The notes: a model not told the origin generated them from the sequence alone. Positions 8,339 to 18,785 are shown, counted from the stretch's first letter. The stretch is 64,000 bases of DNA from Candidatus Angelobacter sp. (GCA_035606955.1 DATNDO010000043.1:16080-80079), one strand, 5' to 3'. Numbers and translations are program-made.

Positions 8339-9811
8339 TTAATCTTTCAGATTCACCCAAACGCTCTTCACTTGCGTGTAGCTCTCGAGCGCGTGCATGC
8401 TCAATTCGCGCCCGTAACCGCTCATCTTGTAGCCGCCAAAGGCCGCGGCGGGATCGTAATTGTTGTACGTGTTGATCCACACGGTTCCAGCTTGCAGCCG
8501 GTGCGCGACGCGGTGCGCCTTGGCAATATCGCGCGTCCAAACGGCAGCTGCAAGGCCGTACGGGTTCTTATTTGCTTCGCGGATAGCTTCTTCCACGTCG
8601 TCGAACGCGATCGTCGCAAGCACAGGACCGAAGATTTCCTCGCGCGCAATGGTCATATCGTTCTTCACGTCATCGAACACGGTCGGCTGAACGAAATAGC
8701 CTTTGCCGTTGCCGAATTGCGCACGCGCTCCCCCGGCGACGAGTTTCGCTCCTTCGGTTTTTCCCTTCTCAATATAGCCGAGCACTTTATTCATCTGCGA
8801 TTCACTAACCAGTGCGCCGAATTTCGTTTTAGGATCGAGCGGGTCACCGGGTTGGACTTTCTTTGTGCGGTCAACCAGTTTCTGCATAAAATCATCGTGA
8901 ATCTTGCGCTCCACGAAGAGCCGCGAGCCTGCCGCACATACTTCGCCTTTGCCGTAGAAGATGCCGATTGTCGCGCCGCGCACTGCGCCGTCCAAATCAG
9001 CGTCGGCCAGAACAATATTCGGAGATTTTCCTCCAAGCTCGAGAGTGACGTGCTTCAGGCTGTCCGCGGAAACACGAGCAATCTCCTGCCCGGTCATAGT
9101 CGAGCCGGTGAATGCAATTTTCGACACGCCCGGGTGGCGCACCAGCGCGCGGCCGAGTTCGTCCGAAGCGCCTGTGACGATGTTCAAAGCGCCGTCCGGC
9201 AAGCCGGCTTCCTGGCAAATCTCGCCGAGCCGCAGCGCTGTGAGCGACGTCCACGGCGCGGGCTTCAGCACGACAGTATTGCCGGCAGCCAGCGCGGGCG
9301 CCACTTTCCACGACGCAAGGAGCAGGGGAAAATTCCACGGGACGATTGCCGCAACCACACCGATAGGTTCACGCAGCGTGTAATGCAGAAACGGTCCGCG
9401 AACAGGAACCGTTTCACCGTGAATCTTTGTGGCCCAGCCAGCGTAGTAGCGGAAAACTTCCGCCACCATCGGCATGTCCACCTGGCACGATTCAAAGATG
9501 GGCTTGCCATTGTCGAGCGTTTCGAGGGTCCCGAGTTCTTCGTTGTATTTGTCGACAAGATCGCCGATTTTCCAGAGTATGCGGCCGCGGTCCGAAGCGC
9601 TCATCTCCGCCCACGAGCCTGACTCGAACGCGCCCCGCGCCGCCTCGACTGCGAGATCAGCATCGGGGGCGTCTGCGTCGGCAATCTGCGTCAGTGTTTC
9701 GCCCGTGGCAGGGTTAATCGTCGAATACGTCTTGCCCGACGCGGCATTTTGCCATTTGCCGCCAATGAATAACTTCCCGGGCTTCGCCTCAATTTTGGCC
9801 GCGGTCGCCAT
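8339..9811 (-). CDS. NAD(P)-dependent aldehyde dehydrogenase
   Basis: 490 aa. ELGGKSP and GEVCAAGSR catalytic motifs. Confidence 0.9.
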   Translation of the reverse strand: MATAAKIEAKPGKLFIGGKWQNAASGKTYSTINPATGETLTQIADADAPDADLAVEAARGAFESGSWAEMSASDRGRILWKIGDLVDKYNEELGTLETLDNGKPIFESCQVDMPMVAEVFRYYAGWATKIHGETVPVRGPFLHYTLREPIGVVAAIVPWNFPLLLASWKVAPALAAGNTVVLKPAPWTSLTALRLGEICQEAGLPDGALNIVTGASDELGRALVRHPGVSKIAFTGSTMTGQEIARVSADSLKHVTLELGGKSPNIVLADADLDGAVRGATIGIFYGKGEVCAAGSRLFVERKIHDDFMQKLVDRTKKVQPGDPLDPKTKFGALVSESQMNKVLGYIEKGKTEGAKLVAGGARAQFGNGKGYFVQPTVFDDVKNDMTIAREEIFGPVLATIAFDDVEEAIREANKNPYGLAAAVWTRDIAKAHRVAHRLQAGTVWINTYNNYDPAAAFGGYKMSGYGRELSMHALESYTQVKSVWVNLKD

Positions 9812-9817
9812 GCTCTG

Positions 9818-10627
9818 CTACCTTCCTTTGAATTCCGGTTGGCGCTTCTCCACGTACGCTTTCAGCCCTTCCTTCGCATCATCGCTTGTGAAGAGCAATT
9901 GCTGCAATTCGCGCTCGATACCAAGAGCCTCGCCAAAGCCAACTTCCAATCCGGTCACCACGGCGCGCTTGATACGGCCCACGGCACGCGATGCCTTGTT
10001 CGGAGGGCAGAATTGCCGCGCGTAGGCCATTACTTCTTCCCAGAACGATTCCCGCTCGTAAATATACTGAATCAGCCCCATCTCGGCGGCTTCTTCGAAG
10101 CTGAATGTGCGCCCCGTCGCCATTAATTCAATCGCTCGCGACTTGCCCACCGCGCGCGCAAGACGTTGCGTGCCTCCCGTGCCGGGAAGAACGCCCAGGT
10201 TCACTTCGGGCAGGCCAATTTTGCCGCCTTCCTTTTTCGCCAGTCGGATATCGCAAGCCAGCGCAATTTCAAGACCGCCTCCCACCGTGTGCCCGTTCAG
10301 CGCCGCAATCACGAGTTTGGGAGTCTGCTCCAAGCGGGAAAGCGTTTCGTTGGCATGCAGGCAGAAATAATATTTGAACTGCGGGTCGACTTTGGCGAGC
10401 ATGGGGATGCTCGCTCCCGCCGAAAAGAACTTTTCACCCGCGCCACGAAGCAAAAGGACATGGACGCTGTCGTCCATGCGCGCCTGCAAAATTGATTCAT
10501 CGAGCTGGCGCATCATCTCGTACGTGTACGTGTTCGCCGGCGCATCATCCATTTCGATTATGGCGATGCCGTCTTCCACGCGATAATTCACCAACTGTTT
10601 CTGATCCACTGCTTGCGTCGTAGCCAT
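9818..10627 (-). CDS. enoyl-CoA hydratase/isomerase family protein
   Basis: 269 aa. Crotonase motifs (FSAGASI, NGHTVGGGLEIALACD). Confidence 0.85.
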   Translation of the reverse strand: MATTQAVDQKQLVNYRVEDGIAIIEMDDAPANTYTYEMMRQLDESILQARMDDSVHVLLLRGAGEKFFSAGASIPMLAKVDPQFKYYFCLHANETLSRLEQTPKLVIAALNGHTVGGGLEIALACDIRLAKKEGGKIGLPEVNLGVLPGTGGTQRLARAVGKSRAIELMATGRTFSFEEAAEMGLIQYIYERESFWEEVMAYARQFCPPNKASRAVGRIKRAVVTGLEVGFGEALGIERELQQLLFTSDDAKEGLKAYVEKRQPEFKGR

Positions 10628-10663
10628 TGAAAAACTCCTCTCTCTTGTGAATATCGATTTCGT

Positions 10664-11338
10664 CTAACCCGCGGCGCGTGCCGCCACTTTCAAGGTGCTA
10701 CGTGCAGCGCGCGATGTTTTCTGTGAGTCAACCGGGTGGCCATTCATTACGCCGTGCAGGAACATTTGCGACATCACATCTGAAAGCGCTTCGGCTTGGG
10801 GATCCACCTGTGGACGATGCCATGTGTGAATCCAGTTCATCATACCGAACAACGACAAAACAGCGATGCGAGGATTTAGCTGCCGTGCCTGACCCGCGCG
10901 CCGCAATTCCTCGAAAATCTCGAGCGCCGTGCCGTAATAGCGGCGCTTGATCTCCGCAACTTCCCTGCGATACTCCCCCGCAAGCACATCATCCTCGCGC
11001 GCAAGCACCTTCATTTCCATGGGATGGCGCAGAAAGTATTCCAGATGATTGTGGACCAAAATGCGCAGGCGGGCAGCGGGATCGGACACAGATTCCAGGT
11101 TGCGGCGAAGCTGCGACAGAATCGTGTTAAATGTATGGATTTGAATCAGATAGAGGAGCTTCTGCTTGCTTTCGACATAGTAATACAAGCCCGACAAGGA
11201 AACGCCGCTCGCGCGACTGATGTCGCGAATGGAGGCGCCTTCGTAGCCCTTTTCGGCGAAAACGCGTGCGGAATGCCGGAGAATCATCTCCAACTTCCGG
11301 GAAGCGGTTTGCGAATCCGGTGTCGCAGTACGAGGCAT
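10664..11338 (-). CDS. TetR/AcrR-family transcriptional regulator
   Basis: The HTH region reads ILRHSARVFAEKGYEGASIRDISRASGVSLSGLYYYVESK. I place the start at internal ATG 11338. It is the first gene of the minus-strand catabolic cluster. Confidence 0.8.
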   Translation of the reverse strand: MPRTATPDSQTASRKLEMILRHSARVFAEKGYEGASIRDISRASGVSLSGLYYYVESKQKLLYLIQIHTFNTILSQLRRNLESVSDPAARLRILVHNHLEYFLRHPMEMKVLAREDDVLAGEYRREVAEIKRRYYGTALEIFEELRRAGQARQLNPRIAVLSLFGMMNWIHTWHRPQVDPQAEALSDVMSQMFLHGVMNGHPVDSQKTSRAARSTLKVAARAAG

Positions 11339-11572
11339 TCGTCGGCAATCCTGAGTCGAACGTTCGTTCGAATAACGAGCATAGTTCCCCGAACGACAGG
11401 AGTCAAGCCGCACTGCGGTGGCGAATTCGAGCGCATACAGACTTTGCCAGACACGAGAATCTTGCATCTTCAAATCGTCTGCTGCGTCAGATAAGAGTGC
11501 GTGCTGACGCGAGAACATGGCGACTATTTGTGTTACGCTTTGCCATCACCTGACGCGGGGCACCGACGGATC

Positions 11573-12205
11573 ATGGAACCAGCAAAAGCAAACACCAAAT
11601 TAGCAAATTCGGAAGCAACTCCTGTCGATAACGAATCTGCCCTGGTCGCGGCGGCTAAGGCGGGAGACGTCGATGCATTTGAGGCACTCGTCAACCGTTA
11701 CGAACGGAAAATCTTTCGCCTCACCCAGCACATTACTCAAAACACCGAAGACGCGCAGGACGCATCGCAAGAAGCGTTCTTGAAGGCATTTGAGCACCTC
11801 GGGGAATTCCAGGGCAATTCGCGGTTTTACACTTGGCTGGTGCGCATCGCCGTAAATCAGGCGCTGATGAAACTGCGCAAACGGCACACGAAAGATATTT
11901 CGCTCGACCAGGACATCGAAACCGAAGACAACTTTATGCCCCGAGAAATCGAGGACTGGGGTCCTTCGCCCGAGCAACGTTACGCGCAGGACGAGCTCGC
12001 TGGAATACTCTCCCACGTGATCGGTGAACTCGAGCCGTCTTTCCGCACCGTATTCCAACTCCGCGACATCGAAGAACTTTCCACGGAAGAGACCGCGGAA
12101 GCCCTTGGCCTGTCCGTGCCTGCTGTGAAATCTCGACTGCTGCGCGCGCGCCTGAAGCTGCGAGAAAAATTGAATCGGTATTTTCGAAGAGGTATACCCC
12201 AATGA
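11573..12205 (+). CDS. ECF (sigma-70 family group 4) RNA polymerase sigma factor
   Basis: Region 2 (FEALVNRYERKIFRLTQHITQNTEDAQDASQEAFLKAF) and region 4 (LSTEETAEALGLSVPAVKSRLLRAR) are both present. ATG at 11573 chosen. Confidence 0.85.
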   Translation: MEPAKANTKLANSEATPVDNESALVAAAKAGDVDAFEALVNRYERKIFRLTQHITQNTEDAQDASQEAFLKAFEHLGEFQGNSRFYTWLVRIAVNQALMKLRKRHTKDISLDQDIETEDNFMPREIEDWGPSPEQRYAQDELAGILSHVIGELEPSFRTVFQLRDIEELSTEETAEALGLSVPAVKSRLLRARLKLREKLNRYFRRGIPQ

Positions 12206-12441
12206 ACTGTAGAAGCGTGGTCAGAGAGCTTTCGAGTTACCTCGACGGAGAACTCGACCTAAGTCTGCAGCAGTCCATCGAAGTTCACATGGAGCACTGC
12301 GAAGACTGCCACTTGCTGGTGGACACAACGAAAAAAACAATTCAGATTTTCTGCAATTCCGAACCTTTGCCGCTTTCGGATGAGGTCCGCGGCCGTCTGC
12401 ATGACGCTCTGGTAAAGCGCCTGCACAAACCGCGAACCTAG
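12202..12441 (+). CDS. small zinc-finger (zf-HC2, ZAS-type) anti-sigma factor, no TM segment
   Basis: 79 aa. H-x3-C-x2-C motif (HMEHCEDCH). Its ATG overlaps the sigma-factor TGA (ATGA coupling). Confidence 0.6.
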   Translation: MNCRSVVRELSSYLDGELDLSLQQSIEVHMEHCEDCHLLVDTTKKTIQIFCNSEPLPLSDEVRGRLHDALVKRLHKPRT

Positions 12442-12454
12442 CTGCTGTGCACCG

Positions 12455-13432
12455 TTAACTCGCAGAGTCCGCCTTCCACAGTTCCACCTCATTCCCAATT
12501 CCCCGTTGCAGCGCCAGTTCGTAGACTCGTCCAGCGGTCACAATATCCTCAATCGCGATTCCGTTGGATTTGAAAAGAGTGATTTGTTCGGATGATGTGC
12601 GTCCTTCTACGCGCCCAGCGACTAGATCGGCGAGTTCCTTGACTTTATCCCAACGCGACTGGTCTCCCTGAAACGCCTGAATCAGATCGCCCGCTTCGAG
12701 CTTCGATTGCTCGCGCGAGTCGACGAATATGGCATCGCAACGACTCACGGCATCAGCATCGAGTTCCGCCTTCTGCGGAAAATTCGCTCCAATAGCGTTG
12801 ATGTGCACTCCTGCGCGCAGCCATTTGCCTTCGACGACCGGCTGCGAAGCTGTGGTTGAAGTAATCAGAATATCCGCGTCGCGAACGGCTTCTTCCGCGG
12901 AAGCGACCGCCTCCACGGAAACACGGAGCTTTTCTTCCATCTCACGGGCGAATCGGCGGCGACGCTCCGGATCGCGTCCAAACGCGCGTATGCGTTTGAT
13001 TTTGCGCACTGTTGTGACGGCCTCGAGTTGCGTCTCTGCCTGATGGCCGGTGCCCATAATTCCCAACTCGCTTGTGTCCGGCCGCGCCAGTAACTTCGTA
13101 GCAAACCCGCTCGCCGCACCCGTGCGCATCTGGCCCAGGCAGTCCGCTTGAATCAGCGCCAGCAGTTCGCCAGTCTTGGCTTTGAAGAGCGGAATCATGA
13201 ATCGCAAGCCCTCACGCGAACTTGTGTAAATCTTCATTCCCATATAGCCGCCGTCCCCGTCGACTGCAGCCATGTAATGCAGATAGGAATTGCCAGGCAG
13301 GTGCAGACGTTGACGAGAATGGGATAGCGCGTTGCCGGCGGCGAGTCGCGCGAATGCGTCTTCGACAGCCTTGATCGCCAAAGGCATCGTCAGCAATGAA
13401 CGAACATCGGATTCGGATAGAAGTAACGCCAT
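12455..13432 (-). CDS. ornithine cyclodeaminase/mu-crystallin family protein
   Basis: Family-typical N-terminus (LLSESDVRSLLTMPLAIKAVEDAF) and Rossmann motif (GIMGTGHQA). Start placed at ATG 13432. Confidence 0.8.
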   Translation of the reverse strand: MALLLSESDVRSLLTMPLAIKAVEDAFARLAAGNALSHSRQRLHLPGNSYLHYMAAVDGDGGYMGMKIYTSSREGLRFMIPLFKAKTGELLALIQADCLGQMRTGAASGFATKLLARPDTSELGIMGTGHQAETQLEAVTTVRKIKRIRAFGRDPERRRRFAREMEEKLRVSVEAVASAEEAVRDADILITSTTASQPVVEGKWLRAGVHINAIGANFPQKAELDADAVSRCDAIFVDSREQSKLEAGDLIQAFQGDQSRWDKVKELADLVAGRVEGRTSSEQITLFKSNGIAIEDIVTAGRVYELALQRGIGNEVELWKADSAS

Positions 13433-13483
13433 AAATGACTTCCTCGCACTCTCCGCCTCTCGAAATCGAACCACCGAATTATG

Positions 13484-14464
13484 TTAGTTCACATTAATTC
13501 GGAATCGCAGCACATGGGCATCAGCCCGATCAAGTACCAACAATTCACCTTTGGGTGTGAATGCGACGTCGGTCGGCGTTGCATTTTGTCCCCATTCCGG
13601 ATGCTCGGAAAAATTTACGGTTAACTTTGGCGTCCCATCCACCGACCAGATTTCCAGCAAGTGTTTTGCCTCGTCTGTGGCGACCACAAAATTCTTCGAC
13701 ACGGCCAGGCCGTAGGCCTTAGGAACATCGCGCTTCGGCGCCAGATTGCTGAAAGGAAAACCCCACGAGGAAACGTAGGCGCCATCGAACGAAAGCTTTT
13801 CGATAAGTTGATTGTCCGCATCGGCGACGAACAAATTCCCCTTGCCTCCAACCCGGATGCGACAGGGTGTCCAATGCTGTACAGGCATGCCCGCAGGTTT
13901 CTGCCAGACTTGCAAAATGCGGCCGCGCGCATTCATTCTCGCGAGGTGCGCCGTTTCAAAATCAGCAACATAAATATCGTCGTCGTCAGGATCTATGGCG
14001 ATGCTTGCGGGATGATTCAGTGAGCTTCTGTAACGGAACGAGAGCGTGCGGAATGTTTCGCCTTCCGGGGAAAAAATCTGAATCTGCGCCCTTCGAAAAT
14101 CCACAATAAAGATCGCCTGCCCGGAATCAATGGCAATATCCCAGTCGTTCTCATTTCCCGCCACATCAAAGGCCAGCAATGGATGTCCCAAGGAATCGAA
14201 CTTCTCGATTTGCGTTGGAGTGCCGTCGTTCGCGATGTAGACATTGCCGACCCGATCTGAGTTGAACGATTGTGGATTCTGCAATTGCCCCGGCTCCGTG
14301 CCTGCGCTGCCCCATTCGCCAAGATATTGAAGCAGAGGCGGAGGAACGCTCTGTGCCGCGTGCTGCGGAGCCGAGCACGACGCAATCGCGACCGCGCAGA
14401 AAATACTAAATCCCGCACAGATCAGTCTCCTCCCGCGGCGCCGGACCATTTTCTTTTTGTTCAT
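13484..14464 (-). CDS. NHL-repeat six-bladed beta-propeller lipoprotein
   Basis: Signal peptide with a Cys lipobox (AIASC). Six NHL-like repeats (for example GNVYIANDG, IYVADFET, GNLFVADADN). Confidence 0.7.
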   Translation of the reverse strand: MNKKKMVRRRGRRLICAGFSIFCAVAIASCSAPQHAAQSVPPPLLQYLGEWGSAGTEPGQLQNPQSFNSDRVGNVYIANDGTPTQIEKFDSLGHPLLAFDVAGNENDWDIAIDSGQAIFIVDFRRAQIQIFSPEGETFRTLSFRYRSSLNHPASIAIDPDDDDIYVADFETAHLARMNARGRILQVWQKPAGMPVQHWTPCRIRVGGKGNLFVADADNQLIEKLSFDGAYVSSWGFPFSNLAPKRDVPKAYGLAVSKNFVVATDEAKHLLEIWSVDGTPKLTVNFSEHPEWGQNATPTDVAFTPKGELLVLDRADAHVLRFRINVN

Positions 14465-15468
14465 TCTTTGGCCTTTCCCAAACGCTTTCTTCCTTTTCTC
14501 GTCTCCCCCGCGCCGGAATTAATTCGATGCACGGTGGTAAGCGTCATTTCATACTGGCGATTTTCTTTCCCTTTGATGCCCGCGTTGCTGAAGTTAAAGA
14601 GCGCCTTGCCGCCCGGCGTCGTTGCGGGAGCGACCTGCACCGGCAAACTACCGCACAGCCCAGGTTCGATGAAGCCTGTTTCGTACCGATGCCTCTTCGG
14701 GCTCCAGGTGAAAACGCGAACAAGCGTGAAATCACACGGCCTTCCTTCTCCATCGCGCGTGCCCATAACCAGATACTCCGGCTTAACGAAGCCTGTTGAG
14801 TCCGCCGCGCGATTAATTTCAAACCATGCGACGATGTTGATGTGTTCAGAGCTTTGATATTCGGGAAGCGGCTCGGGTAGATCCATACTAACAAGCCGGC
14901 CAAGCACCCAGCCGGAGATCTCAGTCGCATTATTAATATTTGCGCGCACCAACCACCAATCCTGCAGGTTCGACGAATCAGACGGCGAACCGGGACGGGA
15001 TTGTCGTCCCACATCCGCAGTTGCTTCCCGCGCGAACATTTCCAAGGTTGTGCCGCCGGGCGCGGACGATATCACTTCCCACTGCCGCCCGGGACGAATG
15101 TGAAGGTTGCTGCGAGCGCGCGTATCGCCCCGTGCCTGCACGGGCATGGCCTCCGTTTCCTTATTGAGCAGGGCGGCGGCATGCCACAGCGCTAAACTCA
15201 ACAGCGAGTCCGACAACACCCAACCGCGGACGCCTGCCTTCGTCTGGACCAGTGCGTGATCGCCATCCCGCTGAAAAATCTGAACCGGCTCGCCGTAGGA
15301 AACATTGGCCACCGCTGCCCGAACTTCCGCGGTGCTGTTCCAGATAGTCGCGCCCTGCAGGCCCACATAGGCCAATTCCATGGGAGGCTTGCGGTGCAGG
15401 CGTACCTCGCGCACTGCGACGGCCGCCATGATTCCGAGCACCAGAACGATTAAAAATGCGCGGCGCAT
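14461..15468 (-). CDS. membrane-anchored protein with bacterial SH3-like domains
   Basis: Start placed at ATG 15468 (MRRAFLIVLVLGIMAAVAV, a TM anchor). Two SH3b-like segments end in GWVL. The stop overlaps the NHL gene start by 4 nt. Confidence 0.5.
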   Translation of the reverse strand: MRRAFLIVLVLGIMAAVAVREVRLHRKPPMELAYVGLQGATIWNSTAEVRAAVANVSYGEPVQIFQRDGDHALVQTKAGVRGWVLSDSLLSLALWHAAALLNKETEAMPVQARGDTRARSNLHIRPGRQWEVISSAPGGTTLEMFAREATADVGRQSRPGSPSDSSNLQDWWLVRANINNATEISGWVLGRLVSMDLPEPLPEYQSSEHINIVAWFEINRAADSTGFVKPEYLVMGTRDGEGRPCDFTLVRVFTWSPKRHRYETGFIEPGLCGSLPVQVAPATTPGGKALFNFSNAGIKGKENRQYEMTLTTVHRINSGAGETRKGRKRLGKAKE

Positions 15469-15759
15469 CAGCGAGCATCTCCCCGGCAAACGCCTCTCAG
15501 ATCCCCGCTGCTCGCTGGGTAAATCTTCGATCTCATTTCGGTTGCATTGTCGACATGGTTTGAAGTTTGCAAGAATGCGGTTGGCCGAAAACAATTCAGT
15601 CAAACAACGAATCCCCCCATCACGCTTGCGTGACGATTCTACCTCATCCGTTATTGTGTCGAATCAATGCTGTGACGCCATGTGTTCAGTCGTGCCACGG
15701 TTCTGCTAGAATATCGGGCCTCTGCGCGGTCGCGGAAAACTTCTGCAAGGAGTGAGACG

Positions 15760-16167
15760 ATGCATCATTTCGAGAAACTCAAACCGTTGGCTTTGCTGCT
15801 CCTCCGGCTCGGCCTCGGGATCATTTTTATCTATCACGGATTCCCGAAGCTTTTCACGCATACACACCAAGCCTTGCAGGAGTTCCCTCACATGGGATTC
15901 CCGTCTTATTTCGTGTACATCGCTGGCATCGTGGAGTTTTTCGGCGGGTGCCTGTTGATTCTGGGGTTGTTCACGCGAATTGCGGCACTATTGATTGCGG
16001 GCGAGATGGCAATCGCCATCTTAAAGGTACACTTGCCGCAGGGCGGTCTAATGGCTGTCGGCAATTACCAGTTCCCGTTGGCGTTGGCGGTAGCCGCATT
16101 CGCGCTAGTCGCCGTGGGAGCCGGAGCGATATCGCTCGACCGCGCCATCTTCAAAAGCAATGCCTAG
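15760..16167 (+). CDS. DoxX-family membrane protein
   Basis: The ATG is preceded by AAGGAG. LLLRLGLGIIFIYHGFPKL is the DoxX signature. Four TM segments. Confidence 0.8.
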   Translation: MHHFEKLKPLALLLLRLGLGIIFIYHGFPKLFTHTHQALQEFPHMGFPSYFVYIAGIVEFFGGCLLILGLFTRIAALLIAGEMAIAILKVHLPQGGLMAVGNYQFPLALAVAAFALVAVGAGAISLDRAIFKSNA

Positions 16168-16184
16168 CCGACTGAAAATCGCAA

Positions 16185-16532
16185 TCAGGCCGAAGCGTGT
16201 GGAGCTTCTGGCGCTTGCGGAACCGGTTGCACAGGGATTGGCAGCGATCCCTCCGGCATAATCAGCCAAGCGACCAAATAAACAACCATGCCGGGAACCA
16301 ATCCCGTGAAGAACGTCACCAACACCCAGAGCAACCGCACGATCGTCGAATCCGTCGCGAAATATTCCGCCAAACCGCCGCAAACGCCCGCAAGCTTGCT
16401 ATCAGTCGCGGACCGCTGCAGACGGCGCGGCGGCGCAGTGGATACCGTTGCGTGAGCCTGACGCGCACCGCAGAAATAGCAATAGTTGGAATAGTTGGTG
16501 ATGTCCCTTTGACACTGTGGGCAATTCATCAT
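16185..16532 (-). CDS. PspC-domain protein with N-terminal zinc-ribbon
   Basis: CPQC...CYFCG zinc ribbon, followed by a PspC domain (KLAGVCGGLAEYFATDSTIVRLLWVL). Confidence 0.75.
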   Translation of the reverse strand: MMNCPQCQRDITNYSNYCYFCGARQAHATVSTAPPRRLQRSATDSKLAGVCGGLAEYFATDSTIVRLLWVLVTFFTGLVPGMVVYLVAWLIMPEGSLPIPVQPVPQAPEAPHASA

Positions 16533-16628
16533 GACCTCCCATTTCCGCCTTGTCGGCGGGCCTCTACCGCGCTCCTATTACAGTTACGATCAACCGACCT
16601 GAAAGGTTGCACGCCTCTCAACAAAGGC

Positions 16629-18785
16629 TCAGAACGCCACCAAATCCCGGACCGCGCGCACGATGTCCTCAGTCTGCGGCAAAATCTCATCTTCGAGCTT
16701 TGGCTGATAAGCGCAAAATGTATCCGTTGCGGCAACGCGCCGCACCGGCGCATCTAGCTCTTCGAAAAGCTCGTCGGCGATGCGCGCCGCGATTTCCGCG
16801 CCGTATCCCCAGGAGAGCGAATCTTCGTACGCGACAATCACGCGGTTGGTCTTTCGCACGGACGTGGCGATCGCTTCCCAGTCATACGGGCTCAACGTCC
16901 TCAGGTCCAGAATTTCCACTTCGGTTCCCTGCCGAGCCAATTCCGCTGCCGCCACCTCCGCACGGTGAACCACAGCGCCGTAGGTGATGATGCTCACGTC
17001 CGTACCTTGGCGAACCAAACGCGCGTTGCCAAAGGGAACCGTGTAATCAGAACCGGGATACGCGGATCGATTGTAAGGCTGTCGATAAAGGTGTTTGTGT
17101 TCGAGGAACAGCACGGGATCATCACAGCGAATCGAGGTGCGCAGCAATCCACACAAATCCAGCGCCGTCGAAGGCATCACCACGCGCAAACCTGGTATGT
17201 GCGTGAAAATTACTTCTCCGCATTGGCTGTGGTAAATCGCGCCGCCAGTCAAATAGCCGCCGATCGCCACACGGATCACCGCGGGACACTTGAACGTGTT
17301 CGCCGAGCGCCAGCGCATCGTCGCAAACTCATTGCGCAGTTGCATCATTGCGGGCCAGATATAATCGAAAAATTGAATTTCCGGGACTGGCTTCATGCCT
17401 CGCGTGCCCATCCCGATTGCGCGGCCGACAATGTTGGCTTCCGCGAGCGGCGAATTGAATGCACGGTCTCCGCCATAACGACGCTGCAAACCAGAAGTCG
17501 CTTTGAACACTCCGCCTTTGCCCTTAACTTTTCCGAGATTCTCTTCGCGGCTGCAATCGGCGACGTCTTCGCCAAACACGACAATGCGCTCGTCGCGGCC
17601 CATCTCGTCCAGCAGAGTCGCGGAAACCATTTCTACCATCGTGAGCTGAGGACCCGATAATTGCGGCTCTTTTGCAAAATCAGCGCCGGTGGGATCGACA
17701 TCAGGCGAATAAACAAATTCATAAACCGAATCCGCGGAGGGAATCGCCGCGACGAGAGCCTTGTCAACGGCTTCGAGTATCTCTTTCTCAACGCTCGCTT
17801 CTAAAGCTTCCAGTTCCCTCTCGTCGAGAATTCCTTCACGCACCAGAAATAATCCAAACTTCGGAATTGGATCGCGGTGCGCTTCGGTTTCGCGTTCGTC
17901 GGCGGATTTGTAAAGCTTTTCGTCGTCCGAAAGAGAATGCGAGTAGGGCCGCGTCACATGCGCATGCAGCAATGCCGGGCCGCGGTGCTCGCGGCAATGC
18001 GTGACGGCGCGTTGGCAGGCCGCATAACTTTCCAGCGGATCCGTCCCGTCGTAGTCCTCGATATGAAGGTTCGGATGATTCGCCACCAGGTGCGCCACGT
18101 CTCCGCCCGGCGTCTGCACCTCGCAAGGAACTGAAATTGCGTAGCCATTATTCTCCACGAAAAACACAACCGGCAATTTTCTGTTCGACGCCGTGTTCAG
18201 CGCCTCCCAGAATTCGCCTTCGCTCGTCGCGCCTTCTCCTCCCGAAACGCAAACCACTTCATCATGCTGGTGACGCACAGCCTTTCCAAGCGGCGCCGTT
18301 TTCGCTTGCACCAGCGCTCTCGGAAACCGGTCGTAATACAACGACGCCTCCGCCGCGCCGACCGCTTGCAGCCACTGCGTTCCTGTTGGCGACGATTTGG
18401 AAACAATATTGTAGTCTTGATGGCCCCAGTGCGAGGGCATCTGGCGTCCACCTGATGCAGGATCGTCCTTCGCGCCCACGCCTTCGAGAAGCATTTCGTA
18501 CGGAGTGACGCCGAGCATCAGGCACAGCGCGCGATCACGATAATAGAGATAAAACCAATCGTAGGCGGACCTAAACACCAGCCCGGCGGCGGCTGTCGCG
18601 GCTTCGTGGCCCGCGCTGCTGATTTGGAAATAGATTTTGTTCTGGCGCTTAAGTTGAATCTCGCGATCGTCTAATCGACGCGACAAAAACATCACGCGGT
18701 ACAGACGAATCAATGCTTCGCGGTCCAGTCCGTGGTATTTTGCCGCGTCAAACTTGGCGGTCTTGGTTTTGGTGTGCAGAGCCAT
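16629..18785 (-). CDS. fused 2-oxoacid dehydrogenase E1 component (alpha + beta subunits, TPP-dependent)
   Basis: The N-terminal half is E1 alpha and the C-terminal half is E1 beta (transketolase-like). The start is uncertain: ATG 18785, ATG 18827 or TTG 18854. Confidence 0.85.
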   Translation of the reverse strand: MALHTKTKTAKFDAAKYHGLDREALIRLYRVMFLSRRLDDREIQLKRQNKIYFQISSAGHEAATAAAGLVFRSAYDWFYLYYRDRALCLMLGVTPYEMLLEGVGAKDDPASGGRQMPSHWGHQDYNIVSKSSPTGTQWLQAVGAAEASLYYDRFPRALVQAKTAPLGKAVRHQHDEVVCVSGGEGATSEGEFWEALNTASNRKLPVVFFVENNGYAISVPCEVQTPGGDVAHLVANHPNLHIEDYDGTDPLESYAACQRAVTHCREHRGPALLHAHVTRPYSHSLSDDEKLYKSADERETEAHRDPIPKFGLFLVREGILDERELEALEASVEKEILEAVDKALVAAIPSADSVYEFVYSPDVDPTGADFAKEPQLSGPQLTMVEMVSATLLDEMGRDERIVVFGEDVADCSREENLGKVKGKGGVFKATSGLQRRYGGDRAFNSPLAEANIVGRAIGMGTRGMKPVPEIQFFDYIWPAMMQLRNEFATMRWRSANTFKCPAVIRVAIGGYLTGGAIYHSQCGEVIFTHIPGLRVVMPSTALDLCGLLRTSIRCDDPVLFLEHKHLYRQPYNRSAYPGSDYTVPFGNARLVRQGTDVSIITYGAVVHRAEVAAAELARQGTEVEILDLRTLSPYDWEAIATSVRKTNRVIVAYEDSLSWGYGAEIAARIADELFEELDAPVRRVAATDTFCAYQPKLEDEILPQTEDIVRAVRDLVAF

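Noticed and set aside
8372-9622. 416-aa plus-strand ORF
   Set aside because: It is antisense to the aldehyde dehydrogenase gene, which has clear catalytic motifs.
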